From positions 437,842 through 501,841 of the forward strand of contig CAVPSE010000002.1 of the NCBI GenBank assembly GCA_963708255.1: a DNA stretch of 64,000 bases. Reading direction: 5' to 3'. Origin of the DNA: an uncultured Thermoplasmata archaeon (GTDB lineage: Archaea; Thermoplasmatota; Thermoplasmata; Lutacidiplasmatales; UBA184). The position numbers were made by a program, and so were the translations under genes. Shown piece by piece: positions 41,395 through 51,855 of the stretch. Numbering within the stretch: the first letter of the stretch is position 1; each line of letters begins with the position of its first letter. The notes under the pieces are model-generated. The model had not been told where the DNA came from. It saw nothing but the letters and a program-made list of their open reading frames with translations, and did not search any database.

Positions 41395-44365
41395 TCAGGG
41401 CGGCGGCGGGTTCGGTCCGGAGCCGGCGGGTTTCCGGGAGCGGCCCGGCCACCACCATACCCGTTCCCCGAGGAGATAGAGCGAGGCGGGGACGAGGTAG
41501 GTCCGGACGACCATGGCGTCCAGTAGGACGGCCGCGGCAACCGCGAACCCGATCGCCTTGAGGAGGATGAACTGGCCGGTGATCAGGATCGCGAAGGCGC
41601 TCGCGAGGATGATGGCGGCCGCCGTGATGATCCCGCCCGTGCTGGCCACGGCCTGCACCGTGGAGTCCGACGTCGTGCGTCCCCGCAACCGTTCCTCCCG
41701 GACCCGGGTCAGCAGGAAGATGTTGTAGTCGATCCCGAGCCCCAGGATCAGGATGAACAGGACGGTCGGGGCGAAGTAGAACAGCGGGAGGCCGAACCCG
41801 TTCGTGAACACGAGGTTCGTCACCCCCCACGCCCAGCCGATCGACAGGCCGATGGTCGCCACGGCCATGGGGGGGATGACCACCGAGCGCAGGACCACGA
41901 GCAGGACGATCATGAGGCCGATCGAGACGGCGATCGCCATCCGCTCGGTCGCCTCCGCGACCTGGTTGCGGATGTCGGTGGTCTCGGAGGCGCCTCCCCC
42001 GTACGCGATGCCGGCGACCGACGTGTGGCTCGCGGCGAAGGCTCCGACGCTGGACTTGAGGGTACCCAGCAACCCGACCGCCGAGGAGGAGAGGCCGGGC
42101 GACGAGGGGGCGATCGACACCAGCACGGTCCTCCCGTCCGAACCGACGAACCCCGCGAGGGTCCCGTTCAACAGCCCTCGTTCCCCCGCGGGGAGCGTCG
42201 AGAGGTTCTCCCACACCGAGAGCGGGGCACCGGAGGGGCTCGTCGGAGAGGCCACCGACGCGACCCCCGGGGTCGCGGCCACCATCGCTGTCAACGCGTT
42301 CAGGTCCTGGAACTCGCCGACGTTCGGAACCCCACTGGCGACGAGCGGGGCCTGGAACGTGACGAGAAGCACCATCGGGAACGCATCAGCCGGGGCCGAA
42401 GTGGTCGTTGAGGACCGTGAGGCCGTCGGTCGACGAGTAGCCGCTGGGGAGCTGACCGTAGAAATCGTAGGAGACCGGCGCCGTGAGGGCCACGTAGGCG
42501 AGGGGAACCGAGACGACGAGGACCAGCACCACCACGAGCCCGGGTCGGGCCCGGACCCGGTGGGCGGTGCGGAAGAAGTAGGTGTCCTCGGAGGCTCGTT
42601 TCGCCATCGTCGCCGCGGCGGCCCGGCGGAACCGTTCGCCGGTGCTCGGCCAGAAGACCCGGGGGCCGACGAGCTTGAGCATCGCCGGGACGAACGTCAG
42701 GGAGACCAGCACGGCCATCAGGACCGCGAAGGAGAGGACCTCCCCCCACTGGCTCAGGAGGGCGACCCCGGAGAAGGCGAGGGCCAGCGTCGCGATCACC
42801 GCCGTCGCGCCGCTGGTGGCGATCGACTGGCCGGCCCAGGTCACGGTGGTCACCAGGGCCTCGTCCGGAGCCGCCCCCTTCCAGAGCTCCTCCCGATACC
42901 GGGCGATCAGGAAGATCGAGTAGTCGGTCCCCACGCCGAGGACGAACGTCGTGGCGAGGGTGAGCGAGGTGGAGTCCACCGGGGCGATCCACGTCCCGAT
43001 GAGGACCACCCCCCCGAGCCCGAGACCGAGCGCGATCCCGAGTCCCGCGAACGAGACCGCGGGCGCGAGGGGGGAGCGGAAGTAGATGATCGTGATCCCC
43101 ACGAGCGTCAGCACCGTCAGCGGTAGGACGAGGGCGAGGGTCGTCGAGAGGACCGTGTTCTCGGTCTGGTCGAGCGGGGCCGGCCCGGTCTGTAGCGCGG
43201 TGAATCCGCCCGACGGGTCCGACGATGCCACCGTCGCCGGGAGCAGGGCGTTGATGGCGAGGACGTCGGAGAAGACGGGGGTCGCCCCCGTCGAGTCGGT
43301 GTAGCCGTCGGAGACATCGAACTGGACGCTCACCAGCGAGGCGGCGTCGTCCGACGCAACGTACTGCTCCCACAGCCCGATCGGGGCCGGTACCGGCCAC
43401 GAGGCCACGGGCACGTTCTCGGCGACGTTCGAGGCCCACGCTTCGAGGGCCGCCGGGGTGGCCACGCCGGTCGGGAACGCCAGGTAGACCGCGAGCACCG
43501 CCGGCGCCGGTATCCCGGCGTCCCCGGCCAGGAACGTCGACACGATCCCCTGCTGGAGGGGGACGGAGGAGTAGTTGGATACCCCCAGCTCCCCGAGGAT
43601 GCCCGCGAGGGTCGGCACCGCGGCCAGGGGCGGGAACCCCGCCAAGGTCGCCCGCGCGACCGTTTCGGCGCACGGCACCACCGACGCGGGGTCGGAGGCG
43701 CACGAGGAGGCGTTGAACCCCGGCGCGGCCGGGGTACCGTAGAACTGGGTGAGCACGGCCTCCGCCGAGGGACTCGTCGAGAGGGCCGACTGCGTCGCGT
43801 TGTACGAGGGAGCGTTCCAGGTCGACGGCGGGACGCCTGGATGGGCCGCGACCATCGACTGCCAGGAGGTCAGGTACGCCCCGACGGTCCCCCACACGAG
43901 CGACGCGGTCTGGTTCGTCGCGTCGGGAAGGGAGGGGGAGGAGCTCAGCGCCGGGCCGAGCGCCCCCAGGGCGATCTGCGCGACGCCGTCGAGATAGCCC
44001 GCGTACGCGGTGTAGGCCGTGGAGACCGAGGCGACATGGGTGAGGGAACGGTCGCTCGAGACCGCCGAGGCGATCCCGTCGGTGAGCCGCTGGCCACCCG
44101 GCCCCGTCACGTTGGCCCCGGCGATGACGATCAGGCTCTCGGAGCCCCGGCTCGAGTTCGGGAACAGGTGCGCGAGCTCCGCGTTCGCGATCGCGCTCGG
44201 CGCCGAGCTCGGAAGGTTGGTGGCCGAGTTGGTGGTCACCGAGCCGAGCCGGCCGAGGAACGGGAGCGTGACGAGAAGGAGCAGGACCCAGAAGAGGATC
44301 GGGTACCACGGGTGCCGGACGACCCCGCGGCCGAGCCCCCGGAACAGGCGCTCCCCTCCGCCCAT
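41395..44365 (-). CDS. MMPL/RND-superfamily membrane transporter
   Basis: ORF 42386..44479 (start taken at ATG 44365) and ORF 41395..42375 are the two halves. They join as ...LNDHFGPG/ADAFPMVLLVTFQAP... if one base is corrected near 42385-42392. There are two 6-TM bundles with large external loops. Confidence 0.75.
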
Positions 44366-44442
44366 ATTGGACGGCGCTGCCCCGGCCACGGCGGGGCGAG
44401 CCCCGCGGACGGATAATCCCTGCCGGGCGGGCGCCCGTGCGT

Positions 44443-45387
44443 CTACCCGACGGTCTTCGGGGGAGCGCTGCCCGACCACCGGGGCGGATACTTCGCGGGG
44501 TCCGCGAGCACGCGCTCCGCGTCCACGACCCAGCCTTTGCGGACCCGGGGGATCTCCGCGGCGTCGACCAGGGCGGTGCCGTAGGCGACCATCTCACCGT
44601 TCGGGGCGACCAGGACCACGTGCGCCCCCCTGGAGAACGATCGGGAGGTCGAGGAGATCCCGCCCCGGGCCAGGTCGGCCCCGTGGGCGACCGCGGCGGC
44701 CGCCGACTCCTTGAGCCGTAGGACCGGGAACTCCCGCCAGACCTCCTCGATCGGGTGGAGGAGCGCGAGGAGCGCTTTCGGGCGACCCGCCCGGGCCTCG
44801 GCGGCGGCGTCGGACAGCGTGGTCACGCTGACCGATTGCGACTCCTGGAACGGCCCCGTGGCGACCCGGCGAAGCTCAGCAAGGTGGGCCCCGACGCCGA
44901 GCGCGTCCCCGGTATCGACCGCCAGGGTCCGGACGTACGTCCCCGAGTCCGCGGTCACGTCGAGCAGCGCGGTGTGGGGGTCCCCCTCCAGGCGCGTGAG
45001 GTGGTGGATCGTGCGGATGCGCCGCTCGCGCTTCACCGCGGACCGGACCGGGGGGGTCTGGAAGACGGGCCCGGTGAACTCGGCGATCACCCGCGCGAGC
45101 TCCGGTTCCCGGACCGCGGCGTGGAACGCCACGACGCCGATGTACCGCTTGGGCAGGTCCAGCATCAGGGGCAGGAGCTTGAGGGCGGGCCCGACCCCGA
45201 TCCAGAGCAGCCCCGAGACGCCGGGGTCGAGGGTCCCCGCGTGGCCGGCCTTCTCGATCCCGAGGACGTCCCGGACCCAGGCGGTCACCTGGTGCGAGCT
45301 CGGGCCCCGGGGCTTGTCGATGAGGAGGAACGTGCCGCGATGGAACCGTTCGAGGACCTCCGGGGGCAGAGGGGTCGCGTCGGTCAC
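44443..45387 (-). CDS. cbf5: tRNA/rRNA pseudouridine synthase Cbf5 (H/ACA RNP catalytic subunit)
   Basis: GTG 45387 (GTGA overlap with the cmk stop). LIDKPRGPSSHQV, AGHAGTLDPGVSG (catalytic Asp), C-terminal PUA domain. Intact. Confidence 0.9.
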   Translation of the reverse strand: MTDATPLPPEVLERFHRGTFLLIDKPRGPSSHQVTAWVRDVLGIEKAGHAGTLDPGVSGLLWIGVGPALKLLPLMLDLPKRYIGVVAFHAAVREPELARVIAEFTGPVFQTPPVRSAVKRERRIRTIHHLTRLEGDPHTALLDVTADSGTYVRTLAVDTGDALGVGAHLAELRRVATGPFQESQSVSVTTLSDAAAEARAGRPKALLALLHPIEEVWREFPVLRLKESAAAAVAHGADLARGGISSTSRSFSRGAHVVLVAPNGEMVAYGTALVDAAEIPRVRKGWVVDAERVLADPAKYPPRWSGSAPPKTVG

Positions 45388-45929
45388 GGTGCCCCGGGAG
45401 ACTGCGACTGCAGATAGGAGAGAAGCCGGCCGCTGACGTCCCGGGCGGAGAGGTGCGTGGAGTCGACGCTGAGGTCGGGGACCTCCCGGTCGAGGTCGAT
45501 CCCGTAGTATCGGAGGTACCGGTCCCGCTCGCTCGCCTCGCGGGCGACGGTCCGGGCGGTCGCGTCCTCCAGGCTGCGCCCGTCCCGTCCCGCCAGTCGA
45601 CGGTACCGTTCGGCCGCCTCGCACGTCACGCGCAGGTAGTGGCACGGGACCCCCCGTCGTCGGGCCAGCGCCCCGGTGAGGCGGCCGTCCAAGAGGCGGC
45701 CCGGGGCCGCGAGCTTCACCATCTCGTCGTCGAGGGTCCGGTCGACGTCCTCGTGGAGCTCCGCGTACCGGGAGAACGCCTCCACGTCCATGGAGCGGTG
45801 GGCCGCCTCGGCGCGGAACAGCTCACCGGCCGACCGGAAATCGAGGGCCAGCGCGGCGGCGACGAGTCGGCCGGCGGTGGATTTGCCGCTCCCCGGTGGC
45901 CCGGTGATCGTGACCACCCGGTCGATCAC
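45384..45929 (-). CDS. cmk: Cytidylate kinase, archaeal type
   Basis: GTG 45929. ITGPPGSGKST P-loop; ...REASERDRYLRYYGIDLD... typical of archaeal Cmk. Confidence 0.8.
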   Translation of the reverse strand: MIDRVVTITGPPGSGKSTAGRLVAAALALDFRSAGELFRAEAAHRSMDVEAFSRYAELHEDVDRTLDDEMVKLAAPGRLLDGRLTGALARRRGVPCHYLRVTCEAAERYRRLAGRDGRSLEDATARTVAREASERDRYLRYYGIDLDREVPDLSVDSTHLSARDVSGRLLSYLQSQSPGAP

Positions 45930-46717
45930 GCGAGGCCCCCCGCCGCCTCCGGGGGGCTGCCGGAGCTCGGCAGGGTCGCGAGCTGGCGGCGGAGCGAATA
46001 GTGCTTGAGGACCCGCCGCAGCACGATGGACGACGGCACCGTGTACAGCGAGAAGACGAGGAACCAGAGCGGGATGAAGTTCGCGACCTTCCCGAGGAGG
46101 TTCACGGAGATCCCTCCCATGTTGACGAGCAGCATCGCCCCGCCGCCGCCCAGGTTCGTGGAGACCGCCACGATGTAGATCCCCACCCACGTGTAGATGG
46201 CGATGACGAGGAACCAGGTGACCGCCATCCCCTTCAGCTGCGCCATGGACACCTCGCCCGTCATGGCGGTGAGACGCTGCTGGTGCTGCTTGAGCGCCTC
46301 GATCCGGTCCTTCTTGCCGGAGCGGACCGCCTCCATCTGGACCTTGCGGAACGCCGCGTTCCACTTGGCGACCTTGGCCGCCTTCACCCAGTCGGTGGCC
46401 CAGTTGTAGGCGAGGGCCGTGGCGAGCATCTCGATCACGCCGGCGAGGAACATCGTCAGCAGGATGGTGTTCGCGCTGTGGCTCCCGAACCCGATCGCGG
46501 GCTGGAGAACGTAGCCGATGGAGTTCGCCACCTCCGTCCGAAGGCCGGTGTCGAACAGCATGAAGATCCCGAGGATGAACAGGAAGAACAGGATCGTCGT
46601 CGACGGCTTGAACGCCGGGACCGGCGGTCTCGGCGGGGTGGCCGCGGAAGGAGGGGCGACCGGGGGGGCCGCCTCCGTCGGCAGGGGGGCCTCCGAAGGG
46701 TCGCCCGGCGGGCTCAC
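45926..46717 (-). CDS. DUF106-family membrane protein (archaeal YidC/Oxa1-like)
   Basis: ORF 45926..46717. It occupies the conserved position between secY and cmk. TM - coiled-coil (KWNAAFRKVQMEAVRSGKKDRIEALKQHQQRL) - TM layout. Pro-rich N-terminus. Confidence 0.6.
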   Translation of the reverse strand: MSPPGDPSEAPLPTEAAPPVAPPSAATPPRPPVPAFKPSTTILFFLFILGIFMLFDTGLRTEVANSIGYVLQPAIGFGSHSANTILLTMFLAGVIEMLATALAYNWATDWVKAAKVAKWNAAFRKVQMEAVRSGKKDRIEALKQHQQRLTAMTGEVSMAQLKGMAVTWFLVIAIYTWVGIYIVAVSTNLGGGGAMLLVNMGGISVNLLGKVANFIPLWFLVFSLYTVPSSIVLRRVLKHYSLRRQLATLPSSGSPPEAAGGLA

Positions 46718-48477
46718 GTCTCGCCCCCGAGGAACCGACGGAGCAGCGGGTTCATCTCCATCAGCTGCTCGCGGCCCATCGCCTCGTACAGATTGATGAT
46801 GATCCCCACGGTGAGCAGGACGCCGGTGCCGCTCGCGTTCCCGACCGTACCGATCAGGTCGGCGCCGGCCGCGAGGGCCCCGACGGCCGCCCCCGAGATG
46901 ACGGTGATCACGGGGATGTACCGCGCGAGCACGCGGCGGAGCACCCGGGGCTCACGGCGGAACCCGGGGATCTGCATCCCGGATGATTCGATCTGGCGGG
47001 CCACGGCCTCGGGCCCCATGTTCGTCGTCTGGATCCAGAACTTGGCAAAGATGATCGACCCGATCACCAGGACGGAGAAGTAGATCACGACGTGCGCGAT
47101 ATCCTGCCACCAGCTGTGGCCGACGAGGAAGTTCCCGTAGGTCTGATAGTTCAGGAGCGGCAGCAGCCATGACTCGAGGCCGTTGACCGTCGACAGGTAG
47201 TAGGCACCTCCGGTAAGAGGGGTCGTCTGCGACACTCCGAGCGCCGTCGCCTGGGCCGCCGTCGGGTACGACCCGACCCACCACTGGTGGCCGAGGTACG
47301 GGAAGTGCGAAAGGGTCCCGTTCCCCCAGAGCAGGATCGAGAACATGGAGACGTTCGCGAGGAGCGCGGACATCAGGATGACCGGGATGTTGCTAGCATA
47401 GATCAGCCGCAGGGGGTAACGGCCCCGGGCCCCCCGCGCCTCGGCGTGGGAGAGGGGGAGCTCGATCCGCGTCGATTCGGTCCATGCGACGATGAAGAAG
47501 ATCGTGGCCGTTCCGGCCAGGGCGACCACCGGGTTCGGCGAATGCAACAGCACCTGTTCCCAGCCGCCGCTCGCCATCTGGTTCGCATTGTAGTTGGTGA
47601 AGAACCAGATCGCCTTCGGGATCGTCCCGGCCGGAGGGTTCTGGGCGGAGATCGCGCCCGACGACGCCGGTAGCCAGTTGAGGGTCCCCTGAACGATCTG
47701 TTGCGAGACCCCGGCCGCGATGAACAGCGAGATCCCCGAACCGATCCCCCACTTGGAGACCACCTCGTCCATCAGGAAGACGAGGTAGCTGCCGAACACC
47801 AGCTGGGCGATGATCACGGTGTCCGCGAGGAGCATCCCGTTCCCCGGCGAGGCGACGTTGAGGGAGGAGATCAGCGACCCCGACGGGGTCAGGTACCCGA
47901 ACACCTGGGGGATCGCCTCCACGAAGATCATGGCGACGACGACGACCTTCTGGGAGCCCTGGTACATCCCCTTGTCCTCGTCGTCGGTGAGGTCGAGGTT
48001 GATGATCTTCGCCCCGGTGAACAGCTGCATGATGATCGACCCCGTGACGATGGGGCCGATCCCGAGGTGCATGAGCGTACCCTGGGCGCCCGCCAGGATC
48101 GCCCGGTAGCTCTGGAACAGGTCGATGACCGTCGCCTGGTCGACGCCGTAGAGGTAGATGTTGGTGAGGAGGAAGTAGAGGAGGAGGACGACGATCGTCC
48201 AGAACATCTTGGTCCGGAAGTGGACGTGGCCCTTCGGCTGGGCGACCGCCGGCATCCTCGACGTGATCGGCTTCAGTCCGTAGAGCCGGGACTTCGGGCC
48301 GTCGTAGGAGAGGCCCAGGAACAACAGCGTGCCGATCGCCGCCAGCGCGACGCCGGTGACGATGAGCCCGATGAGCGTCGGACGGGCCCAGTAGTAGTCG
48401 ACCAGGAGGAGCAGACCGAGGACGACGACGACCGGTACCGCCCAGCGGTAGTCCCGGGGGATCTCCTCCTCCGCCAT
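46714..48477 (-). CDS. secY: Preprotein translocase subunit SecY with ~60-aa N-terminal two-TM extension
   Basis: ORF 46714..48477, intact, 587 aa. Canonical SecY begins around ...LKPITSRMPAVAQPKGHVHFRTKMFWT. Confidence 0.95.
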   Translation of the reverse strand: MAEEEIPRDYRWAVPVVVVLGLLLLVDYYWARPTLIGLIVTGVALAAIGTLLFLGLSYDGPKSRLYGLKPITSRMPAVAQPKGHVHFRTKMFWTIVVLLLYFLLTNIYLYGVDQATVIDLFQSYRAILAGAQGTLMHLGIGPIVTGSIIMQLFTGAKIINLDLTDDEDKGMYQGSQKVVVVAMIFVEAIPQVFGYLTPSGSLISSLNVASPGNGMLLADTVIIAQLVFGSYLVFLMDEVVSKWGIGSGISLFIAAGVSQQIVQGTLNWLPASSGAISAQNPPAGTIPKAIWFFTNYNANQMASGGWEQVLLHSPNPVVALAGTATIFFIVAWTESTRIELPLSHAEARGARGRYPLRLIYASNIPVILMSALLANVSMFSILLWGNGTLSHFPYLGHQWWVGSYPTAAQATALGVSQTTPLTGGAYYLSTVNGLESWLLPLLNYQTYGNFLVGHSWWQDIAHVVIYFSVLVIGSIIFAKFWIQTTNMGPEAVARQIESSGMQIPGFRREPRVLRRVLARYIPVITVISGAAVGALAAGADLIGTVGNASGTGVLLTVGIIINLYEAMGREQLMEMNPLLRRFLGGET

Positions 48478-48505
48478 TTCGCCTCCGAGCGAGCCGGCGG
48501 ACCGA

Positions 48506-48943
48506 CTATATACTCTTCGCTTCGCCGGCGGGCGGCTCGGCGAGGACGGTCACTTTCTCGCGCGCGTGCTTCGTGGCGTGGGCGACATAGATCGACCACG
48601 TGCCGACGGCCTCCCCGGCCCCCAGGAGGCGGTCGACGCCGATCTTCGACAGGTCGGCGACCTTCCGATCGCCCTCGGTGCGGACCGCGCGGGCGGCGAG
48701 AAGCACCGGGACGATCCGTTCCAGGTCCCCGACGTTCACCGAGACGGGACGTGCGGTGGACTCGTCGGGGCGCTTGAACCCGTGCCGGCCGAAATGGTCC
48801 GGCGCGTAGATCAGCATCGACTTGAACTTGTACTTGTGAAGGCCCGCGTTCCCCCGGCCGCCCTGCTTGCCGGCGCCGCGGCCCGCCTTGATCCCCCGGC
48901 CGTGGGTGCGAGATCCCCGGAACTTCCTGGTGCGGCTCGGCAT
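48506..48943 (-). CDS. rpl15: 50S ribosomal protein uL15
   Basis: ATG 48943: [43 protein letters not shown] lies upstream. Confidence 0.9.
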   Translation of the reverse strand: MPSRTRKFRGSRTHGRGIKAGRGAGKQGGRGNAGLHKYKFKSMLIYAPDHFGRHGFKRPDESTARPVSVNVGDLERIVPVLLAARAVRTEGDRKVADLSKIGVDRLLGAGEAVGTWSIYVAHATKHAREKVTVLAEPPAGEAKSI

Positions 48944-48951
48944 TCTTCCTC

Positions 48952-49407
48952 CTACATCATCCGGCGCGCGAGCTCGTTGATCGCCCGGCCCCGGTAGCCG
49001 AGGGCCCCGCCGCGGGCGTACGGCCGCTTGGTGGAGCGCCAGCCGCCCTTGGGGGCCTTGAGCCGGAACAGGGGGCGGAGCCCCGGGGCCTGCAGGAGGC
49101 CGTTCGCATGGACCGTCTTCGCGAGCTCGGCCATGTCGACCGCCGGCGCGCCCTCCGTCGGGGGCTCCGACAGGCGCCGGCCGTCGGGAGTGATGCCGCG
49201 CTCCTTGAGGAGCAGCGCCACGGTCTCGGGCTCGGCCTCGCCCCAGGTGACGTACCCCTGGACCTTGGTGAGCATCCCGCGGAGCTCGGGTCGCTCGGGG
49301 AGGAGCGTGGCGTGGTTGGGGCGCGTCAGGTGCAGGTGCTGGAGGGTCTGGACCAGGTCGTGCCGGGCGTGGATCGTCCCGCGCACTCGGATGACCATCC
49401 AGGTCAT
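48952..49407 (-). CDS. rpl30: 50S ribosomal protein uL30
   Basis: ORF 48952..49407. [31 protein letters not shown]. Confidence 0.9.
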   Translation of the reverse strand: MTWMVIRVRGTIHARHDLVQTLQHLHLTRPNHATLLPERPELRGMLTKVQGYVTWGEAEPETVALLLKERGITPDGRRLSEPPTEGAPAVDMAELAKTVHANGLLQAPGLRPLFRLKAPKGGWRSTKRPYARGGALGYRGRAINELARRMM

Positions 49408-50296
49408 GGCCGCCTCCCCGGGGGCGCGGACGACGGAGGCCCGGGCCGCCGGCCGGGTGGGCCGCCCCGTCCGGGGGGACCGCCGCGGCCCGGCGGGCCG
49501 CGCCCGGGTCCGCCCCGTCCGGGCGGACCCCCCGGCGCCCGCCGCGGCGTTGGCCGCCGCGCGCGCCGGGAGGCAGGTCCTCCTTGGGCGGCAGGATCGA
49601 GGTGCCGGTGGCGCCGCGGATGATCTTGAGCCGGAGGGAGTCCTCCTCGCTGACCTTCACGTGGGACAGGTCGACGAGCGATCGGAACGCCGCCTGGGCG
49701 TAGTTGACCGTGGTCTTGGTGTGGCCGTCGGTATACCCCCATGCGTCGGTGATGCCGGCGAACCGGAGCACCGGCTTCGCCACATCGCCGACCGCGAGGC
49801 CGACGCCCCGGGGGGCGGGCCGGAAATGGACCACGACGGAGCCGGCGCGCCCGGCCGCCTGGAACGGAACGGTGTGCGGGCGACCGCAGCCGCACTCCCA
49901 GCTGCCGCAGCCTCGGAACACCTCGACGATCTCGAGCTTCGCGCGGTCGATGGCCCGCCGGATGGTGGGGCCGACCTCCTTCCCCTTGGCCCGGCCAAGG
50001 CCCACGTAGCCGTCGCCGTTGCCGACGACGACCGTGACCGCGAACTTGAACCGTCGACCGGAGTCGGTCATCCGCTGGACCATGTTGACGTCCAGGACCT
50101 CGTCGTGGAGGCCCGGGAGGAGAGCGTCGACGATCTGCGCCTCCCGGAGCGGGAGGCCGGAGCGGATCACCTCCGCCATGGTGGTGATCTGACCGGAATG
50201 GACCTTTCGACCGAGCTCGGTCTTCGGGACCCACGGCGGGGGGGCCGGCGGGCCTCCGGGGGCCCCCATGGGGGGTCGGCCGTACGAGCCGCTCAT
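49404..50296 (-). CDS. rps5: 30S ribosomal protein uS5 with G/R/P-rich C-terminal tail
   Basis: ATG 50296. [39 protein letters not shown]...[14 protein letters not shown]. The tail frame ending at the TGA that overlaps the rpl30 ATG requires one frame break (~49560-49590). Confidence 0.9.
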
Positions 50297-50825
50297 GCCT
50301 TCGCCTCCCGGTGCCGCTCCGCGATGCCGGCGAGCTGGCCGCGGTACGTCTCCAGGGGCTGCGCGAGTGGGGTCTTGAGGTGCTTTCCGTTCAAGCGATC
50401 CGCCTTCGGGAACTCGGTCTCCCCGTGCGGGATCTCGAGGCCCGCGTCGAGGAGGCCCTTGAGGGCGCCCAGGAGCCGCCCACCCTCGGTGGGGCGGCGG
50501 AGCCCGGCGTCGAGGACAGCTTCGGTGGCTCCCGCCTTCTTCGCGCGAAGGCCGGCGAGGTAACCGGTCAGGTACGCCGCCGGGGTGGCGGCGTGGGCGG
50601 AGCGCGGGGAACCCGATCTTTGTGAGCTCCGCGCTCTCGGCGGCCGCGACGACCCGGTCGCCGGTCGGGTCGTACGTCGTGACGGCGACGAGGACCCGCT
50701 GCGTTCGAGAACCGGACGACGGCCCTCGGCCGGTCGGACTTGAGGAGCTTCAGGCGGACCCGGTAGTCGGTCTTCCCATCGCGGCGCCGCCGGAAGGGCA
50801 CCTTGTAGCGCGGCCCGCTCGTCAT
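50293..50825 (-). CDS. rpl18: 50S ribosomal protein uL18
   Basis: ORF 50568..50825 ([38 protein letters not shown]). Then ...[20 protein letters not shown]... and ...[15 protein letters not shown]...LDAGL... in other frames. Two breaks. Confidence 0.85.
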
Positions 50826-51288
50826 GGGGCCGCCTCGGGCGGCAGATGGCCCGCCAGGCGCAGGTTGATCACGAGGTGGGCGCGGCTGCGGAACATGCCA
50901 CCCTTCGCGCGCCGGTAGAACTCCCGGTAGATGGCCGGAGTGATCTTCTTCTGGAGTCGCAGGTCTCGGCGAGAAGGTCCCGCTGCGCCCGGATGCGGCG
51001 CATCCACCGCTCCTTCTTGGTGGAGCGGGCGAACGGGGTGCCGCGGCGGGAGCCGTCCCCGGAGTGGCGGCCCTTTCGGACCTCGACGGCGTGGAGACGG
51101 GCTCGGACCCGCGACGTTCCCTGGATCGCCTTGCGCCGGATGACGCCCGCCTTGATCGCGCTGCGGATGTCGGCGCGGGTCACCGCGTCGGCGAGCTCCT
51201 CCTGGCTCGCAGGGTCGACCCAGACGCGGCCGAGGCCGCACTTCAGGATCTTGGCGGCGAGACGCCGCTGGTTCGTGAGATCGGGCAT
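50822..51288 (-). CDS. rpl19e: 50S ribosomal protein eL19
   Basis: ORF 50869..51288 ([23 protein letters not shown]...GRHSG.GSRRGT). Frame break ~50960. The end is ...[24 protein letters not shown]. Confidence 0.85.
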
Positions 51289-51855
51289 CTACTCCTCCCG
51301 CTCCTGGACGATCGGGTTCAGGATATGGATCCCCCGCTTTCGGCAGGCTTCCTCGAGGACGAGCCGGCGTCGGGTCCCGACGGTCCGAGCGATGATGGCC
51401 GCCTCGTCGCCCACCTCGATCCGCCCGATGTCCTCGGCGGTCCGAACGATGATCGGCAGGAATCCGGTCGGGGTCCGGCCCCGGGTCCGGGCGGGCGAAC
51501 CGTAGCCGATCTTGACGATCTTGGCCCGGTAGCCGTAGTGGCGGCGCTGCTTCGACTGGAGCCCCCGAGGCCTCCGCCAGGATCCCCAGCGGCCGATGCG
51601 CCAGTACCGGTTCGCGGCCTGACGACCGAAGATCGGGGTCCGCCGGGCCCGGTCGGCCCGCTCCGCCATCAGGCGGCGCATCTCGGGGTCGAGGGTCGGC
51701 CGGCGGGGCGCCTTGGGCCCCTCGGACTTCGCGGGGGACTTGGAGGGGGCTGGCGCGGCCGCGGGGGCGGGCTCGGCCGACTTCTTCGTCCGCTTCCCCG
51801 AGGGCTTCGCGGGGGCGTCGTCCTTGGGCGAGGCGGCCGTCTTCTCGTCCGCCAT
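51289..51855 (-). CDS. rpl32e: 50S ribosomal protein eL32 with K/A/P-rich N-terminal extension
   Basis: ATG 51855 in ORF 51289..52032. ...RYWRIGRWGSWRRPRGLQSKQRRHYGYRAKIVKIGYGSP...VRTAEDI. Confidence 0.8.
   Translation of the reverse strand: MADEKTAASPKDDAPAKPSGKRTKKSAEPAPAAAPAPSKSPAKSEGPKAPRRPTLDPEMRRLMAERADRARRTPIFGRQAANRYWRIGRWGSWRRPRGLQSKQRRHYGYRAKIVKIGYGSPARTRGRTPTGFLPIIVRTAEDIGRIEVGDEAAIIARTVGTRRRLVLEEACRKRGIHILNPIVQEREE

Noticed and set aside
42386-42388. TGA separating the two MMPL halves, considered as a selenocysteine or read-through codon.
   Set aside because: The downstream half is in a different frame (GPG/ADAFPMVLL join needs a 1-nt correction). There is no SECIS-like context, so it is consistent with the general indel problem.
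42300-44597. 765-aa alternative-frame ORF over the MMPL gene, and 60737..62134 (465 aa) over the 61231..62139 gene.
   Set aside because: They are on the same strand but translate to R/G/P-rich nonsense. The hydrophobic, TM-rich frame is the real one.
49404-49590. N-terminal extension of uL30 into the G/R/P spacer (the rpl30 frame is also open upstream of ATG 49407).
   Set aside because: uL30 aligns from [10 protein letters not shown] as a normal N-terminus, and the ATGA junction with the uS5 tail frame is the typical coupling seen throughout this operon.
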